Source: Halorussus marinus (GTDB lineage Archaea; Halobacteriota; Halobacteria; Halobacteriales; Haladaptataceae). Taken from it: a stretch of DNA of 64,000 nucleotides. The stretch covers positions 124,001 to 188,000 of the forward strand of contig NZ_SBIV01000006.1 in the NCBI RefSeq assembly GCF_004765795.1, read 5' to 3'. The first letter of the stretch is position 1, and every line of letters begins with the position of its first letter. Made by a program: the position numbers and the translations under genes. The notes beneath the pieces are model-generated. The model saw nothing but the letters and a program-made list of their open reading frames with translations, searched no databases and was not told the origin of the DNA. Below are positions 41,769 through 50,200 of the stretch, piece after piece.

Positions 41769-43568
41769 ATGACCGACTACTTCGAGATTCACCGTCGGGA
41801 CGGCCCGGCGCGGATCGCCGAGTTGCGCCTCGCCGAGCCGGTGACGACGCCGGCGATCGCGGAGGCGGAGCCCCGCTCGGCCGACGGGCCGCCCGGCGGT
41901 CGCCGGGGAACCGTCGCCGTCGCCGACGCCGGCAGTCTCTGGACCGCCGACCGCGACCTGCCGGAGGGCAACGACGACGCACTGACCGTCCTCCCGCACC
42001 GGGGGTTCCCGAGCGGGACCGACGAGGCCGTGATGGACTCGTTCGCGGTCGAGTACCCCGACGTCGACTACCCGAGCGCGGCGGTCGTCGCGCCCGAGAC
42101 TGCCGGCGACTACGGGACCGACGCCTACGTCGCCTCGGGCGCACAGGGCTTTGTCGGCCACGGCGCGGGGTTCAAAGACGCCGTCGTCGAACTCCGCGAG
42201 TCGATCCCCGCCGACAGCGCGCTCTACCTGCCCGGCGTGGCGACGCCTGCGAACGTGGCGACGCTGGTCTACGCGGGCGTCGATCTGGTCGACGCCGACC
42301 GGGCGGTCGTCGCGGGGACACAGGGCAAGTACCTCACCACCGAGGGGACCCACTACCTCGAGGACCTCTCGGAACTGCCCTGCGCGTGTCCGGCCTGCCG
42401 GACGCCCGTCTCGGAGTTCACCCGCGCCGACTGCGCCGAGCACAACGAGAACGCGCTCCGGGCCGAACTCGGCGTCGTCCGCGAGCGCATCCGGGCGGGC
42501 CGACTCCGCGACTACGTCGAGGGGCAGGCCCGTCACGACCAGTGGCTCACCGCCGCGCTCCGGGAGTTCGACCAGCAGTGGTCGTACCTCGAACAGCGCG
42601 CGCCGGTGGTCCGGGACGCCGAACTCGCGGTTGCGACCGAAGACACCCTGCGGCGGGTCGAGATCCAGCGGTTCGCCGAGCGCGTGACGACCCGGTATCG
42701 CAACCGCTTCGACAACCCCCTCGTGTTGGTGCCCTGTTCGGCGACCAAGCCGTACAGCGACTCCCAGAGCCACGGCCAGTTCCACGACGCGATCCAGTTC
42801 CGGGGCCACACCGTCTCGATGACCTCGCCGATCGGCGTCGTCCCCCAGGAACTCGAACTCACCTACCCGGCCCAGCACTACGACGCGGTGGTGACCGGCC
42901 GGTGGTCCGAAGACGAAACGGCGTTCGTGGCGTCGGTACTCCGGCGGTACCTCGAACGAAACGACTACCCGCGGGTGATCGCCCACGTCCCGCCGGAGGG
43001 GTACCGTGAGGTCTGTGAGCGCGTCGAGGCCGACCTCGGCGTGGAGTTCGAGTACACGGTCGAAGACCACCCCACGACGACCGAGTCGCTCGGCAACCTG
43101 ATGCGGACTCTCGACGGCGAACTCAAGTACGGCAAGCGCGAGCGCCAGCACAACACGGTGAAGGCGATCGCCGACTACCAGTTCGGACCGGGCGCGGGCG
43201 ACGCGCTCTTCGAGGAGATCCGGACCGAGAGCCGCTACCCCAAGCTCCGGGTGCAGGATCGGGACGGCGTCCAGCTCGCGGCGATGGTGCCCCAGTACGG
43301 CGTGCTCTCGTTCACCCTCGCGGGCGCGCGCCGGTGGGTCGACTCGGAGGCGCCCACCAAGCGGGTCGAGATCGACGCGTTCGCGCCCCACGGGAGCGTG
43401 CTCGCGCCGGGAGTCGTGGACGCCGACGACGACGTCAGGGTCGGCGACGAGGTCGTCATCGAGGGCCCCGAAGCGTTCGCTGTCGGGCGCGCCGAGATGT
43501 CCGGCCCGGAGATGTCCGAGAGCACCCGCGGGATCGCCGCCAACGTCCGCCACGTCGAGGAGAAGTAG
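41769..43568 (+). CDS. arcS: Archaeosine synthase subunit alpha
   Basis: TGT-like N-terminus, PCSATKPYSDSQSH, YPAQHYD..VTG.W, C-terminal PUA domain. Confidence 0.93.
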   Translation: MTDYFEIHRRDGPARIAELRLAEPVTTPAIAEAEPRSADGPPGGRRGTVAVADAGSLWTADRDLPEGNDDALTVLPHRGFPSGTDEAVMDSFAVEYPDVDYPSAAVVAPETAGDYGTDAYVASGAQGFVGHGAGFKDAVVELRESIPADSALYLPGVATPANVATLVYAGVDLVDADRAVVAGTQGKYLTTEGTHYLEDLSELPCACPACRTPVSEFTRADCAEHNENALRAELGVVRERIRAGRLRDYVEGQARHDQWLTAALREFDQQWSYLEQRAPVVRDAELAVATEDTLRRVEIQRFAERVTTRYRNRFDNPLVLVPCSATKPYSDSQSHGQFHDAIQFRGHTVSMTSPIGVVPQELELTYPAQHYDAVVTGRWSEDETAFVASVLRRYLERNDYPRVIAHVPPEGYREVCERVEADLGVEFEYTVEDHPTTTESLGNLMRTLDGELKYGKRERQHNTVKAIADYQFGPGAGDALFEEIRTESRYPKLRVQDRDGVQLAAMVPQYGVLSFTLAGARRWVDSEAPTKRVEIDAFAPHGSVLAPGVVDADDDVRVGDEVVIEGPEAFAVGRAEMSGPEMSESTRGIAANVRHVEEK

Positions 43569-43641
43569 CCCGCGAAGCGGGCCCGTGCTCGGGCGTATCG
43601 CCCCAATACCCATGCCGATCGGCGGCGTAGCCACCGGCGAC

Positions 43642-44499
43642 ATGGGAACGACGCAACTGGAGTTCGACAGCGACGTGGAACGTCGCGTCTACGAGTACGT
43701 CGAGGTCCGCGGGGCGGCCGCCCGCGAGGAGGTCCGGGACGCGGTCCGGGTCGCGGAGACGCCGGGCGCGAAGCCGCCCCGGTCGGGAATCGAGTCGGCG
43801 ACCCGGCTCTCGGTGCCGGCGTGCAACGAGCACATCGACGAACTGCTCGACGACGGGGCGCTGGCCGAGCGCGACGGGACCCTCTACGTCTCGCCCGACG
43901 CCGGGACCGACCGCCACGAGACCGACGAGTTCGAGTACGTCGTCCGCCCCGCCGACGAGCGCGACCGGGCGGCGGTCGCCGACCTCATCCGATCGGTCGC
44001 CGCCGAGGGGGCCATCGTCGTCGACGAGCGCGTGGCCGACGCCGTCGAGCCCCGCTCGACGAACCGCCGGACGCGGTCCGACGCCCCGACCGACCGCGAG
44101 GGCGCGCTGATCCGGCTGAACGACCGGGAGTCGCGGATGTTCTTCGTCGCCGAGATCCCGGGCGAGGAGGACGCGGCCGACGAGACGATCGGGTGGGTCA
44201 ACGTCCACGGGTTCGAGCTTCCGGCCCGAGAACACACCGCCGAGCTCACCGTCGGCGTCGCCCCCGAGTACCGCGAGCAGGGGGTCGGCGGGGCGCTCCT
44301 CGAACGCGGGATCGCGTGGGCCGACGACGCCGGCTGTCTCAAGGTGTACCAGAGCATCCCGGCGACCAACGAGGAGGCCCTCGACCTGCTCGAAACCCAC
44401 GGCTGGGAGCGGGAGGCGACCCGGGCGGACCACTACCGGATCGACGGCGAACTCGTCGACGAGGTCCAGCTCGCGACCCGCCTCGACGAGTCGGATTAG
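43642..44499 (+). CDS. GNAT acetyltransferase with N-terminal wHTH-like region
   Basis: V.PEYREQGVGGALL, N..A...E..GW. Confidence 0.85.
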   Translation: MGTTQLEFDSDVERRVYEYVEVRGAAAREEVRDAVRVAETPGAKPPRSGIESATRLSVPACNEHIDELLDDGALAERDGTLYVSPDAGTDRHETDEFEYVVRPADERDRAAVADLIRSVAAEGAIVVDERVADAVEPRSTNRRTRSDAPTDREGALIRLNDRESRMFFVAEIPGEEDAADETIGWVNVHGFELPAREHTAELTVGVAPEYREQGVGGALLERGIAWADDAGCLKVYQSIPATNEEALDLLETHGWEREATRADHYRIDGELVDEVQLATRLDESD

Positions 44500-45674
44500 C
44501 GCTCGGCGAACACGCCGCCGATCAGAGACGCGAACAGGAGCGCACCGGCCAGCGCGCTCGCCCGGCCGGCGGTCACCGCGCCGGTCGACCCCGCTATCGC
44601 CCCCGAAAGCTCGGCGGCCAGTCCCGCGCCGACCAGCCCGATCGACGCCAGCGCGGTCCGGTCGGACGCCCCGGGAAACGAGCCCACCGTCGGCGGGTAG
44701 AACTGGTAGGTCGCCCCGACGATCGTCAGCCCGAGAAACCCAAGCGCGTTGAGCCGGAAGTGGACCGCCGTCAGCCCGCCCGCGACCCCGGCGAACGCGA
44801 AGTGAACCCCCAGCCCGACCCCCGCGAGCCCGCAGACGCCCCCCGCGAGCGGGCCGTACAGCCCGACCCGCCGGCGCTCGGATCGGGCGAACAGCCCGGC
44901 GTAGGCGGCCCCGAACCCGATCACGGCGACCGCTTCGAGCACCGCGCCGACCCGGAACCACGCCCCGCCGTAGAAGTGCCACGCGAGCACTCCGGGGCCG
45001 AGCGCGCCCGCGGGGAGGACGACCGCGACCAGCGCGCGCGGGGGCGCGGCCACCAGAAACCGCGGGAACAGCCGGAAGCCGACCGCGAACACCAGCAGGG
45101 CGGCGACGCCGGCCGCGAGCAGGTGGGCGGTCGGCGCGGCCCCGAGCGCCATCGGCCGCGGGCCGCCGACGCGGGTCGCCAGCGTGGCGTAGCTCCCCGC
45201 CAGCAGGTACGCGAGCGCGACCGGCACGAACGCGTTGGCGTACCGGTCGACCGACTCGCGGTGGGCGTTCGGGCCGCCGGTCCCCGTCTCGCGGCCCGTG
45301 GGGTTGTCCCGGAGCGTCCACGCGAGCGCGCCGACGAACACCGCGACCCCGCCGGCCCACAGGACCGCGCCCGCGACCCCGACCCAGTCGGGGACGCCGG
45401 CGAGCGGTTCGACCGCGAGACAGCCGGCGGCGAGCGCCGCGAGCGGGAGGTGGATCGCGGGCGCGGCCGGGGTCGCGAGCGTCCGGTCGAAGTACGACGG
45501 CACCAGCGAGTAGGCCTTCCCGAACACCGCGTGGAGGACGAACCCGTAGACCGCGAGTACGACGCAACTCCGACGGGGCAGGCCGGCGAGCGCGGCCGCC
45601 TGCCACGCGACCAGATAGCCGGCGCTCGCCGCGAGGAACCGCCGGGCCCGTCGGGACACCGCGTCGGCGGCCAT
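44496..45674 (-). CDS. Polytopic membrane protein (NnrS/heme-copper oxidase subunit I-like fold)
   Basis: About 12 TMs; GFV...G...LVP, H.L..G, HFRLNALGF..LTI.G...QF.P. Confidence 0.65.
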   Translation of the reverse strand: MAADAVSRRARRFLAASAGYLVAWQAAALAGLPRRSCVVLAVYGFVLHAVFGKAYSLVPSYFDRTLATPAAPAIHLPLAALAAGCLAVEPLAGVPDWVGVAGAVLWAGGVAVFVGALAWTLRDNPTGRETGTGGPNAHRESVDRYANAFVPVALAYLLAGSYATLATRVGGPRPMALGAAPTAHLLAAGVAALLVFAVGFRLFPRFLVAAPPRALVAVVLPAGALGPGVLAWHFYGGAWFRVGAVLEAVAVIGFGAAYAGLFARSERRRVGLYGPLAGGVCGLAGVGLGVHFAFAGVAGGLTAVHFRLNALGFLGLTIVGATYQFYPPTVGSFPGASDRTALASIGLVGAGLAAELSGAIAGSTGAVTAGRASALAGALLFASLIGGVFAER

Positions 45675-45675
45675 C

Positions 45676-46089
45676 CTAGCAGCAGAAGATGAACGGGTAC
45701 ATCAGCGAGACCCGGTCACCGTCCGAGAGCTCGGTGTCGAGCCCCGCGAGGTGTTCGTTGAAGGTGCCGTCGATCGCCACCCGGGCGTACTGGCGGGTCT
45801 GCTCGCCCTCGGGGTTCTTGTGCCACGTCCCCGGGAGCTCGTCGGGCGGGTCGGCCCAGCCGTCGGTGGTCGCTTCGTCCTCGGTCTCGGCGATGAGCAG
45901 GTCTTTCACGTCGTACGCCTCGAAGAACGCCTCGAGGAGCGCCCGGAGGGTCGTCCCCTCGAAGGTGAACTCCAGTCCGGCCGCCCCGACCGCCTCGCGG
46001 ACGTGGCCGGTACAGCGCACCTCGACGGTGGTCGTCTCGTGGGTCTCGCCGGTCGGCCGCTCGGCGCCGCGCTCGGTCGTAGTGGTCAT
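45676..46089 (-). CDS. MoaD/ThiS-like beta-grasp protein ending in Cys-Cys
   Basis: VRCTGHVREAVG...TLRALL...GLDTELSDGDRVSLMYPFIFCC. Confidence 0.8.
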   Translation of the reverse strand: MTTTTERGAERPTGETHETTTVEVRCTGHVREAVGAAGLEFTFEGTTLRALLEAFFEAYDVKDLLIAETEDEATTDGWADPPDELPGTWHKNPEGEQTRQYARVAIDGTFNEHLAGLDTELSDGDRVSLMYPFIFCC

Positions 46090-46196
46090 AGTTGTGGCTA
46101 CGTGAGCCACGGGGGAATAGGACCTTCCGAACATGTTCGGACGGATCCGGAGCGATCTGCCGTACCTATTTCAGCGACCAGCCACAACCACCGGAC

Positions 46197-46580
46197 ATGG
46201 ACGAGATCTCGCTCACGCTACCCGAGGCGATCGTCGAATCGCTCCCGTCCGACGGCGACGACGCGGCCCGTGACATGGAGGAGGCGGTCGCCGGGTGGGA
46301 ACGCCGGCTCAACCGCGCCATCGCGGCCGCCGACGCCGACGACGACGCCGCGGCCGCGGTCGTCGACGCCCTCGAACGGTTCGAGAACCGCTTCGAGCAG
46401 TACGACGACTTCGTGGCCGAACTCCGGGCGTGGGGCCAGTCGCCGATCTACGCGATGGCGTGGCGCGACCTGATGGGAGCGCTCGCCCGACAGCTCTACG
46501 ACCACGAGGACCTCGGCGAGCGCATCGACCGCGAGCGCCACGCGCGGCTGGTCAGCGACGGCATCCGGTTCGGCGACTGA
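46197..46580 (+). CDS. Hypothetical helical protein
   Basis: Acidic ORF with host codon bias; ELRAWGQSPIYA. Confidence 0.7.
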   Translation: MDEISLTLPEAIVESLPSDGDDAARDMEEAVAGWERRLNRAIAAADADDDAAAAVVDALERFENRFEQYDDFVAELRAWGQSPIYAMAWRDLMGALARQLYDHEDLGERIDRERHARLVSDGIRFGD

Positions 46581-46582
46581 GG

Positions 46583-47053
46583 ATGGGCGACCCCGACGGC
46601 GACGCCCCGAAACCGCTGGATCGGGTCCGGCGCGCGAAGGCCCGCCCGAGCGCCGACCGGTGGCTCGACGGCGGCGCCGTCGCGGCCGGGATGGTCGCCG
46701 CGCTCGGCCCGCAGGTGGTTCCCTCGATTCTGTTCGCCGCGAGCGTCCCCGAGACCGTCCTCACCGCGACGGCCGGGCTGACGGCGCTTTGCGTCCCGCT
46801 CGGGGGCGTCGTCGCGGGACGGCTCGGCGGCCCGGGTCGGGAACGGGGCGCCCGCCACGGGGCGGTCGCGCTGGTCGCGTCGACGCTCGCGGCGGCCGGG
46901 ACCGCGGTCCTGCTGGTCGGCCCCTCGGTGCTTTCGATTCCGTTCGCGGGGCTCGCGCTCGCCGACTGGCTGGCGCCGGGCGTCGCGGCCGCCGGCCTCG
47001 CGGGCGGGGCGGTCGGCGCGCTCGGGGCGGGCCGGCGTCGTCCCGACGACTGA
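46583..47053 (+). CDS. Membrane protein (4 TM, Gly-rich)
   Basis: Hydrophobic helices; GG..AG....G..HG pattern. Confidence 0.6.
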   Translation: MGDPDGDAPKPLDRVRRAKARPSADRWLDGGAVAAGMVAALGPQVVPSILFAASVPETVLTATAGLTALCVPLGGVVAGRLGGPGRERGARHGAVALVASTLAAAGTAVLLVGPSVLSIPFAGLALADWLAPGVAAAGLAGGAVGALGAGRRRPDD

Positions 47054-47086
47054 GGGTTTATGTCCGGGGCGGCGCAACCGTTCCCC

Positions 47087-47356
47087 ATGGACGTGGAACT
47101 GCGGTTTTTCGCCACCTTTCGGGAGGCCGTCGGACAGAAAGTGCTCGAACGCGAGGTCGAGCCGGGAACCACGGTCGGGGAGGTGCTCGACGACCTCGTG
47201 GCCGAGTACGACCTCGACGTCTACGAGGACGGCGACATCAGATCGCAGGTGTCGGTGATGAAAAACGGGACGGACGTCTACCACCTCGACGGGATCGACA
47301 CCGCGCTGGCCGACGGCGACGCGGTGAGCGTCTTCCCGCCGGTCGCGGGGGGATAG
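47087..47356 (+). CDS. samp3: Ubiquitin-like small archaeal modifier protein, SAMP3-like
   Basis: ELRFFATFRE.VGQK...HLDG..TAL.DGDAVSVFPPVAGG, resembling H. volcanii SAMP3 as recalled. Confidence 0.85.
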   Translation: MDVELRFFATFREAVGQKVLEREVEPGTTVGEVLDDLVAEYDLDVYEDGDIRSQVSVMKNGTDVYHLDGIDTALADGDAVSVFPPVAGG

Positions 47357-47626
47357 ATGCGGGTCGAGAAGTCGTTTCGCGGCATCTCCGAGCGACTCGC
47401 GCGCCGGTACCTCTCGAACCTCGGCGGCGAGATCGAGGGCGGGGACCCCGAAGGCGACGGCGACGTGATCGCCGACGAGTGGCGCGCGAGCCTCTCCTCG
47501 GAGAAGGTCTCGATCGGCCCGTCGGTCAAACTGACCGAGGTGACGGTCGTCTTCGAGGGCGACGCGGAGCGCCTCGACGACCTCGTCGAGGCCTTCTCCC
47601 AGAAGGCGATGCGCGCGGGGGGATGA
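47357..47626 (+). CDS. MoaD-associated DUF1952-like protein with C-terminal GG
   Basis: F.G....L..RYL..LGG...V.FEG...F....RAGG, similar to the C-terminal domain of the Thermus MoaD-related fusion protein as recalled. Confidence 0.7.
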   Translation: MRVEKSFRGISERLARRYLSNLGGEIEGGDPEGDGDVIADEWRASLSSEKVSIGPSVKLTEVTVVFEGDAERLDDLVEAFSQKAMRAGG

Positions 47627-47988
47627 CCGAGGACAACCCCGTCGAGGGGCAAGTGCTGGTCCTCACGGCCGCGAAGGCCAGCGTCGACGGCCGGCGGTTG
47701 CCCGAGCTGGTCGCGGCGGGCCGGCGGGCGGTCGAGCCGCGGGTCGACGAGTTCCGGCGCCGGTTCGAGTGCGTCCACGAGGACGACGTCCGGGCGGTCT
47801 TTCTCGCGCCCGAGGGGTTCTGGGCGGAGGTCGGCGAGGCGCTCGGGTGGTCGCGGCGCGAACACGAGGCGGTCGCGCGCGCCCACGCCGAGCAACTGCT
47901 CAGGGTCGGCGGTCGCGAGGACCGCCGCGAGGAGTTCGAGACCGCCCTCGACCTGCGGGCGGCGGTCGTGGTCGGCGCCGACGCGTAG
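47623..47988 (+). CDS. Hypothetical protein, translationally coupled
   Basis: ATGA overlap; AH.EQL...REEFETAL..R..VV. Confidence 0.75.
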   Translation: MTEDNPVEGQVLVLTAAKASVDGRRLPELVAAGRRAVEPRVDEFRRRFECVHEDDVRAVFLAPEGFWAEVGEALGWSRREHEAVARAHAEQLLRVGGREDRREEFETALDLRAAVVVGADA

Positions 47989-47994
47989 GCGGCG

Positions 47995-49275
47995 TCAGTC
48001 CATCGACGCCGAGGCCTCGGAGGGGTCGGCGTCCCGGGGGTCGGTTTCCGCGGCGTCGATCGCCTCGAAGCCGCGTTCGAGGTCCGCGAGCAGGTCTTTC
48101 GGGTGTTCGACTCCGACCGAGACCCGCAACAGCGTGTCCGTGATACCCAGTTCGGCGCGCTCCTCGGCGGGGAGCGGCGAGTGGGTCATGCTCGCGGGGT
48201 GTTCGATCAGGCTCTCGACGCCGCCGAGGCTCACCGCGAGGGTGAACGCCTCTAGGGCGGCGACGAACCGCTCGACGTCGGCGAGGTCGCCGTCGATCTC
48301 GAACGACAGCACCCCGCCGTAGCCGTCCATCTGGTCGGTCGCGAGGTCGTGTTGGGGGTGGGCGTCGAGTCCGGGGTAGTGGACGGCCCCGACCCGTTCG
48401 TGGGAGTCGAGGTACGCCGCGACCTCCGCGGCGTTGGCCTCGTGCTGGCGCATCCGCATCGGGAGCGTCTTCAGCCCGCGCAACACCATGTAGGCGTCGA
48501 ACGGCGCCATCACGTTGCCCATCCCGACCTGCTGGAGGAACCCGATCTCCTCGGCGTAGGCGTCGTCCGAGAGGACCGCGACGCCGCCGAGCGAGTCGCT
48601 GTGGCCGTTGATGTACTTGGTGGTGCTGTGGACGACCACGTCGGCGCCGAGTTCGAGCGGCCGCTGGAAGTACGGCCCCATGAAGGTGTTGTCGACCCCG
48701 AGCAGGGCGTCGTGGTCGTCGGCGACCGCGGCCATCTCCTCGATGTCACAGAGCCGCAACAGGGGGTTCGTCGGCGACTCCATCCAGAGCAACGCGGTGT
48801 CGTCGGTGGTCGCCGCCCGCACCGCCTCGGGGTCGGTCGCGTCCACGAACTCCACCGCGACGTTCAGCCTGTCGCGAAACAGCTCTTTCAGCATCGTGTT
48901 GGTGCCGCCGTAGAGGTCCTCGAACGCGACGATCCGGTCGCCGGGTTCGACCGCGGCCATCACGCTCGCGACGACCGCGCTGGTGCCCGAGGCGAACGCC
49001 ATCGCGTGGTCGCCGCCTTCGAGGGCCGCGACGCGCTTCTCGACGGCGTGGCGGGTCGGGTTCGACAGCCGGGTGTAGAGAAACTCGTCGGCGTCGGGGT
49101 CGAGGTCCTCGAGCGCGGTGTCCATGTCGATGCCGTCGACCGCGTACGTCGACGCGAGGTGGATCGGCGACGTGACGTCGCCGACGCCGTTCGAGAGGTC
49201 GGGCTCCTCGCCGTGGGTCACCGCGAGCGTTTCGAACCGCCGGCCGTCCTCGCCCGAGAAGTTGTCAGGGCTCAT
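47995..49275 (-). CDS. Cystathionine gamma-synthase/lyase-family PLP enzyme
   Basis: Y.R.SNPT, ESPTNP, VDNTF, HSTTKYINGHSD, SLGGVESL. Confidence 0.92.
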   Translation of the reverse strand: MSPDNFSGEDGRRFETLAVTHGEEPDLSNGVGDVTSPIHLASTYAVDGIDMDTALEDLDPDADEFLYTRLSNPTRHAVEKRVAALEGGDHAMAFASGTSAVVASVMAAVEPGDRIVAFEDLYGGTNTMLKELFRDRLNVAVEFVDATDPEAVRAATTDDTALLWMESPTNPLLRLCDIEEMAAVADDHDALLGVDNTFMGPYFQRPLELGADVVVHSTTKYINGHSDSLGGVAVLSDDAYAEEIGFLQQVGMGNVMAPFDAYMVLRGLKTLPMRMRQHEANAAEVAAYLDSHERVGAVHYPGLDAHPQHDLATDQMDGYGGVLSFEIDGDLADVERFVAALEAFTLAVSLGGVESLIEHPASMTHSPLPAEERAELGITDTLLRVSVGVEHPKDLLADLERGFEAIDAAETDPRDADPSEASASMD

Positions 49276-49444
49276 GCGTAACACTCTCACGGTATCACGA
49301 CCCGCCATATTATTCCTTCGACTATTTAATGCACTGAAAGAATGTGTGCGAGCCAGAGATAACCGTGGAGAATACCGGCGGTTTTCGCCGGGACGAGCGG
49401 GGAAATTTCAGCGGTCAGCGCGGTCGGATGGAACTCGCGCGCGG

Positions 49445-49930
49445 TCACCGCGCCTTCGCGTAGACGTTTTCGGTTCGGGTCGTCCCGTCGAGTCTGGTCT
49501 CTGCCTCGTCGGTCTTCTCGAAGCCGCGTGACTCGTAGAAGGCCTTGCCGATCTCGTTGTCGGCCAGCACCATCGCCTGCAGGCGCTCCATCCCCATCTC
49601 GGTCAGCCGCTCCTCCATCGCCTCCAGCAGGGCGGTGCCGATCCCCTCGTTCCACCGGCCGGGACGGACGTACAGACGCAGGATGTCGCCCTCGGTGTCC
49701 CGGGTCGCGCCGTGACAGAATCCGACCACCTCACGGTCTTCGACCGCCACCAGACACACCTGCTCGTCGTCGCCGATGAGTCGGGTCATAGTCTCGTCGG
49801 CGTACCACGCCGAGACCGCGTCGTCGACGACCGACTCCGGGACCGCGTCGGCGTACGCCTCGGTCCACGCCTCCCGGGCGACCGACCGGACGGTCGAGAC
49901 GTCTCGTTCGCTCGCTTCGCGAATGTCCAT
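49445..49930 (-). CDS. GNAT acetyltransferase
   Basis: LYVRP..W..GIGTALL, N....FYE..GF. Confidence 0.9.
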   Translation of the reverse strand: MDIREASERDVSTVRSVAREAWTEAYADAVPESVVDDAVSAWYADETMTRLIGDDEQVCLVAVEDREVVGFCHGATRDTEGDILRLYVRPGRWNEGIGTALLEAMEERLTEMGMERLQAMVLADNEIGKAFYESRGFEKTDEAETRLDGTTRTENVYAKAR

Positions 49931-50080
49931 GCGAAAAGATAGCACGCAAGGTGGATTAGCAGTAGCGGTCGGTTTCGCGGGTGGACGTGACCGAGCGAAG
50001 ACGAATCGCGAATCCGACAGCGAGCGACGCGACCACACGGGCAACTGTACCGCGAGCGGCCCAAGCGAGGACCGTCGGGA

Positions 50081-50200
50081 AGAGCGCCGTGTCTGCGTGA
50101 ACGGAGTGAACGCAGGCTCGGGAAAGCGAAACTCTCCCGGCGTTTTTGGTCGAGCGTTTGCAACGGCGCGGCGCTCGTGTCCTGCCCTTGCAAACGGTCG
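50081..50200. repeat. Intergenic multi-hairpin palindromic element
   Basis: GTCTGCGT-GAACGGAGTGA-ACGCAGGC; CGGGA..TCCCG; CGAGCGTTTGCAA...TTGCAAACGGTCG (12/13 inverted match). Confidence 0.6.
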
